Positions 16,282-26,204 are shown, counted from the stretch's first letter. The stretch: DNA of 60,378 bases from Blastocatellia bacterium (GCA_036565725.1 DATCXQ010000398.1:1-60378); one strand, 5' to 3'. The notes: a model not told the origin generated them from the sequence alone. Made by a program: numbers and translations.

Positions 16282-17951
16282 AGACCTTTCTGCTTCTGTG
16301 CAGCCTGGTCGTGGGCAGTTCGTTCGGTGAAATACTTTCGGCCAAAGGCATGCGGAAGGTAGGCGACGTTTCATTCCGCCCTAGGGCGCTCATCGGCGCG
16401 CTGGGCCGTATGTTCCGCAGTCCTTACCTCTTCGGCGGCGTCGCCTGTCTGGCGGTCGCCTTCTTTTCATTCATCAGCCTGCTCAGTTACGCCGACCTCA
16501 GCTTCGTCGCGCCGCTGACCGCCGTCACATACATTACCAACACTCTGGGCGCGCGATTCTTTCTGAAAGAGCGAATCTCGAAATCGAGGTGGATAGGGAC
16601 AATGCTCGTTGCGATCGGGGTCGCGGTTATTTCGCTCGACAAACACATCGAAGTCTTTTTTAAGACCCGCGCGGTTGAATGGCTGGGGCTGCTCTACTCG
16701 GAGATTGCGCCGGACGAGATGGTCAATCAGGCGGCGGCGCCCGTCGCGTTCTGGGCGCTGTTCGCGCTGCGCGCCGGTCTGCTCGCCTGCGCGGTCGCCG
16801 CGATCGTCTACTACATAATCGCGTTCGTGGCCGGACTGCTCTGGTTCGCCGACCGGCGCCGGCAGCGCGCGCTGGGTTTGAACTACACTCCGCCCGCGAC
16901 TATCTTCAAGCCGGCGCGCGGGGCCGACGCTGAGGCCTATGAAAATTTCGCCAGTTTCCTCCGGCAGGATTATCCCGAATACCAGATCATCTTCGGCCTC
17001 CGCGATGAGAGCGACCCGGCCGCGCCGATCATCCGCCGTTTGATCGCCGATTTCCCAGAGCGCGATGTCGAACTCGTCATCTCGTCGGAAGAGTTCGGCC
17101 ACAACGCCAAGGTCTCGAACCTGCAGAACATGTACGCGAAGGCGAAACACGACTTGTTGCTGATAGCCGACAGCGACATTCGCGTCGGGCCCGATTACCT
17201 GCGCCGCGTCGTGGCCCCGCTGCGTCCACGATCCAACTCGCAAGCCGGCCTACAAGTCGAGAGGCCGCAGGTCGGTATGGTGACCTGCCTCTACCGCGGG
17301 ACGAATGCGAAGACCTTCGCCGGATTGCTCGAAAACATCGGCGTCTCGTCGACGTTCGGCCCCGACGTCTGTTCGGCGCGCGCGCTACAGGGCGTCAAGT
17401 TCGCGTTCGGTTCGACCATCGCGATGCGGCGCGAGACGCTTGAACGGATAGGCGGCTTCCCCGCCCTGGCCGATTACCTGGCAGACGACTTCCTGCTCGG
17501 CAGTCACGCCGCGAAAGAAGGGCTGGAGGTAGTCCTTTCGGATTGCGTGGTCGAACACGTCTCCGCGCCCGACACGTTCGCGGCGATGTTGAGACATCAA
17601 CTGCGATGGGCCCGGACGGTGCGCGTCTCGCGCCCGTGGGGCTATCGCGGAATGATCCTGACTCACGGCGTGGCGACGGCGCTCGCGGCGACGCTGGCCT
17701 GTGGCTTTTCGGGCTTCGCATTGTGGTTGTTGGCCGTGACGATCCTTGCCCGGTTCATGCCTCTTTTCGCCATCGGCGTGTACGGTTTGAAAGACCGCGC
17801 GCTGGCGAGATACTTCTGGCTCGCGCCGGTTCGTGATCTGATCGCGTTCGGCGTCTGGGCGGCCGGCCTGGTCGGAGATGAGGTCGAATGGCGCGGCGCG
17901 AGATTTCGCGTGGCGCCGGGCGGAAAGCTGGCGCCGGTTGATGTAGAATGA
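16278..17951 (+). CDS. Fusion: N-terminal EamA/ArnE-F-like 4-TM domain + GT2/GT21 glycosyltransferase (ceramide glucosyltransferase / HpnI-like)
   Basis: The glycosyltransferase part has IFKPARGAD, YPEYQIIFG, NAKVSNL, LLLIADSDIRV (DxD) and QLRWARTV (QxxRW). The ORF-track start at 15858 is an out-of-gene extension; the ATG at 16278 gives MKTFLLLCSLVVG. Confidence 0.7.
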   Translation: MKTFLLLCSLVVGSSFGEILSAKGMRKVGDVSFRPRALIGALGRMFRSPYLFGGVACLAVAFFSFISLLSYADLSFVAPLTAVTYITNTLGARFFLKERISKSRWIGTMLVAIGVAVISLDKHIEVFFKTRAVEWLGLLYSEIAPDEMVNQAAAPVAFWALFALRAGLLACAVAAIVYYIIAFVAGLLWFADRRRQRALGLNYTPPATIFKPARGADAEAYENFASFLRQDYPEYQIIFGLRDESDPAAPIIRRLIADFPERDVELVISSEEFGHNAKVSNLQNMYAKAKHDLLLIADSDIRVGPDYLRRVVAPLRPRSNSQAGLQVERPQVGMVTCLYRGTNAKTFAGLLENIGVSSTFGPDVCSARALQGVKFAFGSTIAMRRETLERIGGFPALADYLADDFLLGSHAAKEGLEVVLSDCVVEHVSAPDTFAAMLRHQLRWARTVRVSRPWGYRGMILTHGVATALAATLACGFSGFALWLLAVTILARFMPLFAIGVYGLKDRALARYFWLAPVRDLIAFGVWAAGLVGDEVEWRGARFRVAPGGKLAPVDVE

Positions 17952-18025
17952 CGCCTCACTGACCGACATTTCCCGCGCGTGTTGAAATGAAAACCAACAA
18001 AGCGGCATTTAACTGGGAGAGAACA

Positions 18026-18922
18026 ATGAAAAACAAGTTTCTGATCTATTCCTTATTGATTTTTGGCCTGATCGGTTCGGCTTGCAGTTCCACAAAACCC
18101 GAATCCAAGAGCCCAACGGCTTCGGCCTCGGCCCAGAAGTTCGAAGTCAAAGGCAAGGTCGTTTCCGTGGACAAGGCAAAGCACGAAGTGACGATCGCGC
18201 ACGAAGAGATCAAAGGGTACATGGAAGCGATGACCATGCCGTTCACGCTGCTCGATGATTATGTCTACTCGGAGTTGAAACCCGGATCGCAGATTCTGGC
18301 CACGCTGGTCGTCGATCAGGGGCGCACGTGGCTCGAAGACGCGGTCGTCTCCAACGCCGATCCGAACCAGGTCGTCAGAACCGAAGATACCGGGGTCGAA
18401 CCCGCCGCCGGGGCGGAGACGCCCGATTTCGCGCTGGTAAATCAGGACGGCAAGAAGATCAGCGTCAAACAATATCGCGGGAAGGCGCTGATTATGACCT
18501 TCATCTACACGCGATGCCCGCTGCCCGATTATTGCCCGCTGATGACCAAGAACTTCATGACGATCAACAGCGAATTACAGAACAAGCCTGCGCTGCGCGA
18601 CAAGACGCATCTGCTCAGCGTCACCGTCGATCCTGATTACGACAAACCGAACGTGCTGCGCGACTATGGCGCGAGCGCCGCCAAATTGGACAACGACGGG
18701 TTCAAGCGATGGGAGTTCGCCACCGGCAGCCCCGAGCAAATCAAGAGCGTCGCGCAGTTTTTCGGATTGAACTACTGGAAGGATGATAAGGATAAGAATC
18801 AGGTCATCCACGGATTGCGCACCGTCATCATCACCCCCGACGGCAAGGTCGCAAAAGTCTATCGCCACAATGACTGGAAGCCGGAAGACCTGGTGAAGGA
18901 TTTGGAGAAGCTCCGGATTTAA
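18026..18922 (+). CDS. SCO1/SenC family copper chaperone lipoprotein with N-terminal CusF-like copper-binding domain
   Basis: Lipobox LIGSAC; KGKVVSVDKAKHEVTIAHEEIKGYMEAMTMPF (CusF-like); thioredoxin-fold FIYTRCPLPDYCP (CxxxC). The ATG at 18026 has GGGAGAG upstream. Confidence 0.8.
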   Translation: MKNKFLIYSLLIFGLIGSACSSTKPESKSPTASASAQKFEVKGKVVSVDKAKHEVTIAHEEIKGYMEAMTMPFTLLDDYVYSELKPGSQILATLVVDQGRTWLEDAVVSNADPNQVVRTEDTGVEPAAGAETPDFALVNQDGKKISVKQYRGKALIMTFIYTRCPLPDYCPLMTKNFMTINSELQNKPALRDKTHLLSVTVDPDYDKPNVLRDYGASAAKLDNDGFKRWEFATGSPEQIKSVAQFFGLNYWKDDKDKNQVIHGLRTVIITPDGKVAKVYRHNDWKPEDLVKDLEKLRI

Positions 18923-19018
18923 CCGCCAAGTCGCCAAGATCGCCAAGAGAGGAGTAGAAGGATGAGTTGCTATCATTTACTACTCCATTCTTGGCGATCT
19001 TGGCGTCTTGGCGGTTAA
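18919..19018. repeat. Inverted 8-mer arrays (NCGCCAAG x3 ... CTTGGCGN x3), long hairpin at the SCO gene stop
   Basis: TTAACCGCCAAGTCGCCAAGATCGCCAAGAGAGGAGTAG ... CTACTCCATTCTTGGCGATCTTGGCGTCTTGGCGGTTAA. It lies between convergent genes, so a bidirectional terminator role is plausible. Confidence 0.85.
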
Positions 19019-19024
19019 TTTAAT

Positions 19025-19108
19025 CCCAGTCTTGGGTTGAGCAAAAATAACCACGGGGATCCCGTGGTCCCCGTGGTTGGGCCTCTTCTGAGTTCAACTC
19101 AAGACTGG
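19025..19108. repeat. Palindromic element; its right 40 nt recur at 46058-46097
   Basis: CCCAGTCTTGGGTTGAG ... ACCACGGGGATCCCGTGGT ... CTGAGTTCAACTCAAGACTGG. The segment 19069-19108 matches 46058-46097 at 39/40 by eye. Confidence 0.8.
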
Positions 19109-19123
19109 AGTTAATTTACGTCC

Positions 19124-20125
19124 TCATCCCTTGAACAAGTTCTTCAACACGAACCAGACGTTCGCCGGCCGCTCGGCCAAACGGCGCATGAAATATGGGT
19201 ACCAGTATTCGCCGTACGGCACGTAGATGCGCATTCGATAGCCCTCCCGCGCGAGCTTCAATTGCAGATCGCGCCGTATGCCGTAAAGCATCTGGAATTC
19301 GAACGCGTCTCTCGAAACGCCCTCGGCGGCGGCGAATTCTTTGGTCGCGGCGATCATCTTCTCGTCGTGCGTGGCGACGCCGTGGTATATGCCGCTCTTG
19401 AGGAGTTTCTTCATCAGCCTGACGAAATTCGCGTCCACGTCGCTCTTTTCTGGAAAAGCCACATCTTCGCGCTCCTTGTAAGCGCCCTTGCACAACCGGA
19501 CGCGCGCGCCCATGGCCAGCGCGTCGTCGACGTCCTTCTCGGTGCGGTAAAGGTAGGCCTGCAGCACAATGCCGACATTGCCCTGTTCGCCGTAAAGCCG
19601 TTTGAATATGCGCAGCGTGGCGTCGGTCTTCGACGAATCCTCCATGTCGATCCGCACGAAGTTGTTGTGGCGTTTGGCCGCCTCGACTATCCGGCGCGCA
19701 TTCCGCAAACAATAATCTTCGTCAATGTCCAATCCCAATTGGGTCAGCTTGACCGAAACGTTGGAATTGACGCCGGCGTCCTCGATGTGATCCAGAACGC
19801 GCAGGTATTCGCGCACGTCGGATTCGGCTTCGGCGCTCGACGTCGTGCTTTCACCCAAGTGGTCGAAGGTCGCCGCCATACCCGCGCGGTTGAGTTCCAG
19901 AATCGCCACGATCGCGTCATCGATGTTTTCGCCGGCGATAAAGCGGCGCGTGACATGGCCAAATCCCGGGAGTTTTGAAAAAAAGCCCTTCAGCTCGGTT
20001 TTTTGTGAGAGATATAAAAGGGCGGCTCTGGATATCATGCATAGCTCCGTCATTCGTAAATTATCATTCCGTCCGGGGCTTGCCTCTGAAACGAACTGTA
20101 TCACACGGCCTCCGGTCTCCATCAA
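19124..20125 (-). CDS. Proline dehydrogenase (monofunctional PutA-like)
   Basis: FIAGENIDDAI, VSVKLTQLGLDI, VRIDMEDS, LQAYLYRTEKD and RLCKGAY motifs. The start is uncertain; internal ATGs at 20053 and 20038 are possible. Confidence 0.8.
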   Translation of the reverse strand: MMETGGRVIQFVSEASPGRNDNLRMTELCMISRAALLYLSQKTELKGFFSKLPGFGHVTRRFIAGENIDDAIVAILELNRAGMAATFDHLGESTTSSAEAESDVREYLRVLDHIEDAGVNSNVSVKLTQLGLDIDEDYCLRNARRIVEAAKRHNNFVRIDMEDSSKTDATLRIFKRLYGEQGNVGIVLQAYLYRTEKDVDDALAMGARVRLCKGAYKEREDVAFPEKSDVDANFVRLMKKLLKSGIYHGVATHDEKMIAATKEFAAAEGVSRDAFEFQMLYGIRRDLQLKLAREGYRMRIYVPYGEYWYPYFMRRLAERPANVWFVLKNLFKG

Positions 20126-20202
20126 CCGATGGTCAAAACGGGAAATCCGGCGCTATAATCGTCGCCGTAATATTCCTGAGCGAAATACAACCGCGGGATA
20201 CA

Positions 20203-21042
20203 ATGATGGTTATACTACTGGTGATTGCCCTGACGCTCTACCTGGCTGGCGCGTTCTATTCAATCTATACGTTCGCCACAAGATCCAGGCGGTCCGACCG
20301 CGACCTGAAGCTCATCATTGGGCTTGGTTTTGCGGCCCACACGGCCGCGATCGTGGGGGCCTGGCGGGATGCCGGCCATTTTCCGGTGATCAGCCCGAAA
20401 GAGGTGAGTTCGTTTATCGGGTGGGCGATTGCGGGCTATTACCTGGCCGTAAGTCGACGCTATAATACGCGGGCGTTGCCGGCCTTCCTCCTTCCCCTGA
20501 TTTACTTGTTCATGTTCATATCGCTGCTGCTGCCGGCGCGGGCCGAGGCCGTGCCACTAATGTTGGAGAGCGCGATTTCGGCAGGCCCATTGACGCAGAT
20601 AATCTTCCCCGTTCACGTCACGCTGGTCATCGCCTCTTACGCGGCCTTCGCCGTCACTTTCGTTTGCGGCTTGATGTATTTGATCCAGGAGCGCGAATTG
20701 AAGGCCAAGCGCTTCGGCGCAAGCTCCGAGCGGTTGCCGGCGCTGAACACTTGCGACGAGATCGGCTACCGCAGCGTGACGATCGGATTCGTATTGCTGA
20801 CGCTGGGCGTCGCCACGGGCATCTTCTGGAGCAACCAGCGCGACGGACGTTTCTGGCACAACGATCCGAAAGAAGTAATGGCGCTCATCACCTGGATTGT
20901 TTACCTCTTCCCAATCCACTACCGGTTGACCGCCGGCTGGCGCGGCCGCCGCGCGGCTTTGATGTCGATCGCCGGATTCGTGGTCGTAATTCTGACCTGG
21001 CTCGGCGCGCGAGCGCTGGGCGGCTACCACGTCTTTGGATGA
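20203..21042 (+). CDS. Cytochrome c assembly family membrane protein (CcsA/HemX-like) upstream of hemA
   Basis: Polytopic membrane protein with a W-rich motif variant GIFWSNQRDGRFWHNDPKEV. Start set at the ATG at 20203 (MMVILLVIALTLY). Confidence 0.7.
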   Translation: MMVILLVIALTLYLAGAFYSIYTFATRSRRSDRDLKLIIGLGFAAHTAAIVGAWRDAGHFPVISPKEVSSFIGWAIAGYYLAVSRRYNTRALPAFLLPLIYLFMFISLLLPARAEAVPLMLESAISAGPLTQIIFPVHVTLVIASYAAFAVTFVCGLMYLIQERELKAKRFGASSERLPALNTCDEIGYRSVTIGFVLLTLGVATGIFWSNQRDGRFWHNDPKEVMALITWIVYLFPIHYRLTAGWRGRRAALMSIAGFVVVILTWLGARALGGYHVFG

Positions 21043-21128
21043 TTGCGGATTGCGGACTGCGGATTGAAAGACAGCGGCGACGCGCTTCAATCCGCAATCC
21101 GCAATCCGCAATCCGCAATCCGCAATCG
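21041..21128. repeat. Inverted heptamer arrays (ATTGCGG x3 ... AATCCGC x5) filling the ccsA-like/hemA intergenic gap
   Basis: GATTGCGGATTGCGGACTGCGGATTG ... CAATCCGCAATCCGCAATCCGCAATCCGCAATCG. It begins inside the TGA stop at 21040-21042 and ends 1 nt before the hemA ATG. Confidence 0.9.
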
Positions 21129-21129
21129 T

Positions 21130-22407
21130 ATGGGTATCGTTCTAGTCGGAACCAGTCATAAAACGGCCCCGGTCGAAGTGCGCGAGCGTCTGGCGTTCGC
21201 CGAGTCGCGACTCGCGGGCGCGCTGCGCGATCTGGTCGACCGTGAAATGATCAGCGAGGGGCTGATCGTTTCCACCTGCAATCGCGTCGAACTGATCGCC
21301 GCGACCCCGAACGGCGCCGGGCAGACGGAGAACGCCGTTTCGCGCCTCTACGATTTCCTGAGCCGCTTCCATCAATACGATCTTTCGCCGCTGCGCAAAC
21401 ATCTTTACGACCTCGCGGGCCGGGCCGCGATCAAACACGTCTTCCGCGTCACGTCGTCACTCGATTCGATGGTCGTGGGCGAGCCTCAGATCACCGGACA
21501 GGTCAAAGAAGCTTTCCAGCGCGCGCAGGACGCCGCCGTCGTGGGTCACGAGTTAACGCGGTTGATGAACCGCGCCTTCGCCGTCGCCAAGCGCGTCCGC
21601 AACGAAACTGGCGTCGGGTCGAGCGCGGTCTCGATCAGCTTCGTCGCCGTCGAACTGGCGCGCAAAGTCTTCGAGGACCTGAAAGGGAGCGCGGTGATGC
21701 TGCTGGGCGCGGGCGAGATGGCGGAGCTCGCCGCCAAACACCTTTTAAATTACGGCGCGAGTCGCCTGTTGATCGTCAACCGCACGTTCGAGAACGCGGT
21801 CGCGCTGGCAGGCGAATTGAACGGCGAGCCCGTGCCCTTCGAGGAATTCGAGAAGCGTTTGCCGGAGGCCGAAATTCTGATCTGTTCAACGGGCGCGCCG
21901 GACTACCTGATACGCCCCGACCACGTCCGCCGCGCGCTCGAACGTCGCCGCAACCGCCCTGTGCTGCTCGTCGACATCTCGGTTCCGCGCAACATCGATC
22001 CGGCGATCGGGCGGCTCGACAACGCCTTCCTCTTCGACGTCGACGACCTGGAGGCGGTCGCCGAGGCCAACCGCGCCGAACGTAAGCGCGAGGCGTCTCG
22101 CGCCGAGGAGATCATCGAAGCCGAGGCCGAACAGTTCTTCCGCGCCCTGGCCGAAGGCGACCTCAACGCCGTCATCGGAGAGTTCCGCCAACAAGTTTAC
22201 GAAATGGCCTTTTCCGAGCTCGAGCGCAGCCGCAAACGCCTCGGAGATTTGAGTGAGGGTCAGGAAGAGGCATTGCGCGTCCTGATCAACGCCATCGTCA
22301 ACAAATTTACCCACCCGGTGATTAAACAACTGCGCGAATCCGAAGACGGTCACTCGCCTTACCTCTCGGCCTGGCGCGATCTTTATCACCGCGACCGGAG
22401 CGACTAG
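21130..22407 (+). CDS. hemA: Glutamyl-tRNA reductase
   Basis: MGIVLVGTSHKTAPVEVRERLAF, STCNRVEL (catalytic Cys) and GAGEMAELAAKHL (NADPH site). The ORF-track start at 21043 translates the repeat. Confidence 0.9.
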   Translation: MGIVLVGTSHKTAPVEVRERLAFAESRLAGALRDLVDREMISEGLIVSTCNRVELIAATPNGAGQTENAVSRLYDFLSRFHQYDLSPLRKHLYDLAGRAAIKHVFRVTSSLDSMVVGEPQITGQVKEAFQRAQDAAVVGHELTRLMNRAFAVAKRVRNETGVGSSAVSISFVAVELARKVFEDLKGSAVMLLGAGEMAELAAKHLLNYGASRLLIVNRTFENAVALAGELNGEPVPFEEFEKRLPEAEILICSTGAPDYLIRPDHVRRALERRRNRPVLLVDISVPRNIDPAIGRLDNAFLFDVDDLEAVAEANRAERKREASRAEEIIEAEAEQFFRALAEGDLNAVIGEFRQQVYEMAFSELERSRKRLGDLSEGQEEALRVLINAIVNKFTHPVIKQLRESEDGHSPYLSAWRDLYHRDRSD

Positions 22408-22517
22408 CATGCGACCTTAAGGCTTGGGGCCTTCGGATCGCATCATTCCCTTCAACCGCCTGCGCCGGCCGACTGAAGCCGATAAAATACCGACCTGCGA
22501 GGAGAGAAAAGTAACGA

Positions 22518-23060
22518 GTGAAAATACTGGACATTGGTTGCGGCAACAATAAGATGAAAGGGGCCATCGGCATTGACCGCGCGCCTCTGCCTAACGTGGA
22601 CATAGTTCATGACCTGAATTCATTCCCTTATCCGTTTGAGCGCGACGCTTTCGATGAGATTTACGCCACCCACATCATCGAGCACCTGGACTCGATCACC
22701 CGGACTATGGAAGAACTGCACAGGATAGCGAAGCCGGACGCGAAAGTGACCATCATCACCCCGCACTACTCGGACTTTCAGTCGTGGAATGATCCTACAC
22801 ACAAATGGCATCTGACCACATACTCCTTCAGGTATTTCGAGCGCGAGTACGAATCCAACTATTACTCAACCGCCAGGTTCGAGGTCGAGTCCATACAGAT
22901 TGATATGGCGCGCCTCTGGCGGGGGCTTGGGGTCGAAGCCCTGATCAATTATTCTCTGCGCCACGATTCGCTGAGATCGTTGAGGAAATTCTGGGAAGGA
23001 TATTTAAGTTTTATTTTCAGGGCAGGCGCTATGACATTTGTTATGAAAGCTCTGAAATAG
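22518..23060 (+). CDS. Class I SAM-dependent methyltransferase
   Basis: Motif I ILDIGCGNNK, then DAFDEIYATHIIEHL. Confidence 0.75.
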   Translation: MKILDIGCGNNKMKGAIGIDRAPLPNVDIVHDLNSFPYPFERDAFDEIYATHIIEHLDSITRTMEELHRIAKPDAKVTIITPHYSDFQSWNDPTHKWHLTTYSFRYFEREYESNYYSTARFEVESIQIDMARLWRGLGVEALINYSLRHDSLRSLRKFWEGYLSFIFRAGAMTFVMKALK

Positions 23061-23090
23061 AGATGGCGCCTGTTTCGTCAGTGTACGGGT

Positions 23091-23190
23091 TAATAGAACG
23101 CGGATGACGCGGATAGAGCGGATTGACGCTGAACTTATTTGGTTTTATCCGCGATGATCCGCGCCCGTCCGCGTCATCCGCGTTCTATTG
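23091..23190. repeat. Palindromic element built of GCGGAT-type units
   Basis: TAATAGAACGCGGATGACGCGGATAGAGCGGATTGACGC ... ATCCGCGATGATCCGCGCCCGTCCGCGTCATCCGCGTTCTATTG. Confidence 0.85.
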
Positions 23191-23305
23191 ACGCCTTCTT
23201 TGCCTCTAACCAATTGCTGCCCGTATACGCAATTGAAAACCGATATAGACGTCGCGGCTCTTCCCGTCGGCCATCAAAGATTATCATTGGGGAAGAGAGG
23301 CTAAG

Positions 23306-24049
23306 ATGACGATGTCGGATTCATACAATCACAATACTTTCCGCAACCACCTGCTGGCAGTGATCCCGCCCCGAGAGGTCGAACGGCTGAAGCCACATTT
23401 GGAGCTGTTTGATTTAACTAAAGGGAAAGTCATTTATAACTCAGGCGACACGATCAATTACGTCTATTTTCCTGAGCGGGGAATGGTTTCAATCTTTTCG
23501 ACCACGAGCGGGGGCGATACGATTGAAGTCGGCGCTGTCGGTTTTGAGGGAATGATCGGCGGCGCGCTCGCCTTGAAGGGCAGACAGATTCCATTCCGCG
23601 TGGTAGTGCAAATCCCGGGACAGGCCTGGCGCATCCGCGCCGAAATCTTGCGTGAAGAGTTCGGGCATTGCGGCGCGACGCATGACTTAATGCTTCTGTA
23701 CACGAACGCGGTACTGACGCAGTTGACTCAATCAGCCGTCTGCAATCACTTCCACACCTCTCTGCAACGCCTCTGCCGCTGGTTGCTGGTCAGCCTCGAT
23801 CACAGCGAAGAGGACACTCTGCCGCTTACTCAGGAATACATTTCGATGATACTCGGCATACAACGCTCGCGCGTGGCTACGCTCACAAGCGGCTTGCAGC
23901 GGGAGGGGCTGATCTGTTACCGCTGGGGTCGCCTGAAAATTCTCGACCGCGCAGGGCTGGAGGCCGCTTCCTGCGAATGTTACCGTGTCGACAAAGCCAC
24001 TACGATTACGTCCCTGCAGAATTATATTTCTCAATTTGTCCATGCCTAG
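23306..24049 (+). CDS. Crp/Fnr family transcriptional regulator
   Basis: cNMP-binding-like domain (YVYFPERGMVSIFSTTSGGDTIEVGAVGFEGMIG) and HTH (QEYISMILGIQRSRVATLTSGLQREGLI). Confidence 0.8.
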   Translation: MTMSDSYNHNTFRNHLLAVIPPREVERLKPHLELFDLTKGKVIYNSGDTINYVYFPERGMVSIFSTTSGGDTIEVGAVGFEGMIGGALALKGRQIPFRVVVQIPGQAWRIRAEILREEFGHCGATHDLMLLYTNAVLTQLTQSAVCNHFHTSLQRLCRWLLVSLDHSEEDTLPLTQEYISMILGIQRSRVATLTSGLQREGLICYRWGRLKILDRAGLEAASCECYRVDKATTITSLQNYISQFVHA

Positions 24050-24207
24050 ACAGATTTCGAACACGACGGATGTCAACATCATGTTATGTTGGTCTTGGCT
24101 TCATTTTTATGATGACTGAAGTCTATGAATGAAGACTGAGGATGCGCGTTGAAGTATTGCGCGCGTCCAGAGTTATTTGTCCGCAGAATCGTTGCGGGAG
24201 TACTTCA

Positions 24208-25632
24208 ATGAAATATTGGAAGTATGGAATTGAAGGCAGGCTAGTCATCTGGTTTGCGCTGGCGTCCTTGATCGTTGTCCTGATGTTTGCGCTCTCTTAT
24301 CTCAGCACGCGACGGTTGCAGGAGAGCGAATTCTTCTGGGTGGAGCACGGCTATCAAATCATAGCCGAGCTTGAAGCGTCATACGCCACGCTTAAAGAAG
24401 CTGAGAGTGGACAGCGCACATATCTTTTTACAAGCGACGAGAGAGCCCTGGGCTCGCTTAAAACCGCTGCGGACAAATTCAGGGCGCAGCTCGATCATCT
24501 CAATTCTTTAACGGCGGATAATCCGATTCAGCAGGCGCGCCTTGAACGGTTGGAGGCGCTGGGGATCGAGCGGATCAATGTCCTTTGGTATCGCGTCCGG
24601 CTGAAGCAGGAGCGCGGCGCAGAGGCGGCGAGGCAAGAAGTTATAGCGGAGTCGGGCAGGCGGGAGATGTCTGAAATTTACTCCTTGATGGATGAAATCA
24701 GACGAGAGGAACAGTATTTACTCGCGCAGCGCAGGGCCAATTCGGAAGAGAGCGCGCGCAACGCGATGTGGAGCCTTGCCGCGCTGGGCGCCGCAGTGGT
24801 AGCGAATTTGGCGATAGCTTACGCGTTTGTCAGCCGCGAGATGGCCGGGCGCAGGCGGACGGAAGAAGAATTACGAAAGCTGAACGAAGAACTGGAAGAT
24901 CGCGTCGCGCGCCGAACGGCCGAAATCGAGGCCTCCAACAAGGAGTTGGAGGCCTTCTCCTACTCGGTCTCGCACGACCTGCGCGCGCCGCTGCGCCACA
25001 TCGCCAGTTTCGCCAATCTGCTGCGGGAGCATGCGACCGTTTCTCTCGACGAGACCGGAGAAAAATACCTGCGGCGCATCGTCGAGGCGGCAAACGGCAT
25101 GGGTCGTCTGATTGACGGCCTGTTGGTCTTCTCGCGGCTGGGGCGAATGGAGATGAGCCACGAGCCGGTCAACCTCACACAACTGACGGAAGAGGCGCTG
25201 CAGGAACTGCAACCCGAAATCGAAGGGCGCGAGATCGAATGGCGCATTAGCGAACTGCCCGTGGTCGAGGGCAACCGCGAGATGCTGCGCACGGTGGTGG
25301 TCAACCTGCTTTCGAACGCGATCAAGTTTACGCGCCCCCGGCGCCCGGCCCAAATCGAGGTCGGCTGTCGGGGCGCGCGCGGCGGCGAGGCGGTCTGTTT
25401 CGTTCGCGACAACGGCGTCGGATTCGACATGCGGTACGCGAGCAAACTCTTCGGCGTCTTCCAGCGCCTGCACCGCGCCAGGGACTTCGAGGGCACGGGA
25501 ATCGGCCTGGCAAACGTGCAGCGCATCATCCTGCGTCACTGGGGCCAAGTATGGGCCGAGAGCGAGATCGGGCGCGGCGCTACATTCTATTTCTCTCTTC
25601 CCTTGCGCGAGGAGCCTCTCAGGGCGTCGTAA
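24208..25632 (+). CDS. Sensor histidine kinase with CHASE3 domain
   Basis: CHASE3-like WVEHGYQIIAELEASYATLKEAESGQRTYLFTSDE; H-box FSYSVSHDLRAPL; N, G1 and G2 boxes (LLSNAIKFT, DNGVGF, GTGIGL). Confidence 0.8.
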   Translation: MKYWKYGIEGRLVIWFALASLIVVLMFALSYLSTRRLQESEFFWVEHGYQIIAELEASYATLKEAESGQRTYLFTSDERALGSLKTAADKFRAQLDHLNSLTADNPIQQARLERLEALGIERINVLWYRVRLKQERGAEAARQEVIAESGRREMSEIYSLMDEIRREEQYLLAQRRANSEESARNAMWSLAALGAAVVANLAIAYAFVSREMAGRRRTEEELRKLNEELEDRVARRTAEIEASNKELEAFSYSVSHDLRAPLRHIASFANLLREHATVSLDETGEKYLRRIVEAANGMGRLIDGLLVFSRLGRMEMSHEPVNLTQLTEEALQELQPEIEGREIEWRISELPVVEGNREMLRTVVVNLLSNAIKFTRPRRPAQIEVGCRGARGGEAVCFVRDNGVGFDMRYASKLFGVFQRLHRARDFEGTGIGLANVQRIILRHWGQVWAESEIGRGATFYFSLPLREEPLRAS

Positions 25633-25724
25633 CGAAACCCTGAATCAATCAAGATCGGCGGGAAGGTTGGATGACGTTCGAAAATCAAATGCATTAGCCC
25701 TCAGTTTGGGGAGGTGAGCAAGTC

Positions 25725-26204
25725 ATGATTGAACCGAAAAAGATTTTAGTTGCGGAAGATGACGAGAACGACGCCGAACTGATCCTCAAAGCGTTGGAGA
25801 AATACAACATCGCCAACGGGGTGATCATAGTAGAGGACGGCGCGGAGGCGCTCGATTACCTGCACAGGCGCGGCGATTACGAGACGCGCGCGGACGGCAA
25901 CCCCGTCCTGGTGTTGCTCGACATCAAGATGCCCAGAGTGGACGGCCTGGAAGTTCTTCGAGAGATCAGGGCCGACGACAGGCTGAAGATTATCCCGGCG
26001 GTGATGCTCACCTCTTCGCGGGAGGAGGGCGACCTGCTCGTCAGCTATCAACTCGGCGTCAACGCCTACGTCGTCAAGCCGGTGGACTTCAACGAATTCC
26101 TCGAGACGGTCCGAGAGCTTGGCGTTTTTTGGCTGATGGTCAACGAGCCGCCCCCGGGCAGCGTGCCGGGCAATGTTAAAGATCGGGGCGGAGGTTTCGG
26201 CTGA
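25725..26204 (+). CDS. Stand-alone response regulator (receiver domain)
   Basis: ILVAEDDENDAEL, phospho-acceptor LVLLDIKMP, MLTSS, and KP near the C-terminus. Confidence 0.85.
   Translation: MIEPKKILVAEDDENDAELILKALEKYNIANGVIIVEDGAEALDYLHRRGDYETRADGNPVLVLLDIKMPRVDGLEVLREIRADDRLKIIPAVMLTSSREEGDLLVSYQLGVNAYVVKPVDFNEFLETVRELGVFWLMVNEPPPGSVPGNVKDRGGGFG

Noticed and set aside
16467-17243. 258-aa minus-strand ORF
   Set aside because: It is antisense to the EamA-GT21 fusion gene, which carries DxD and QxxRW motifs.
21043-21129. N-terminal extension of hemA (MRIADCGLKDSGDALQSAIRNPQSAIRNR)
   Set aside because: It is a translation of the heptamer palindrome from a TTG start. Canonical HemA begins at MGIVLVGTSHKTAP (ATG at 21130). 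The same reasoning applies to ORFs 20557-21111, 20888-21118 and 9868-10377, which read RIADCG/IRNPQS repeats.
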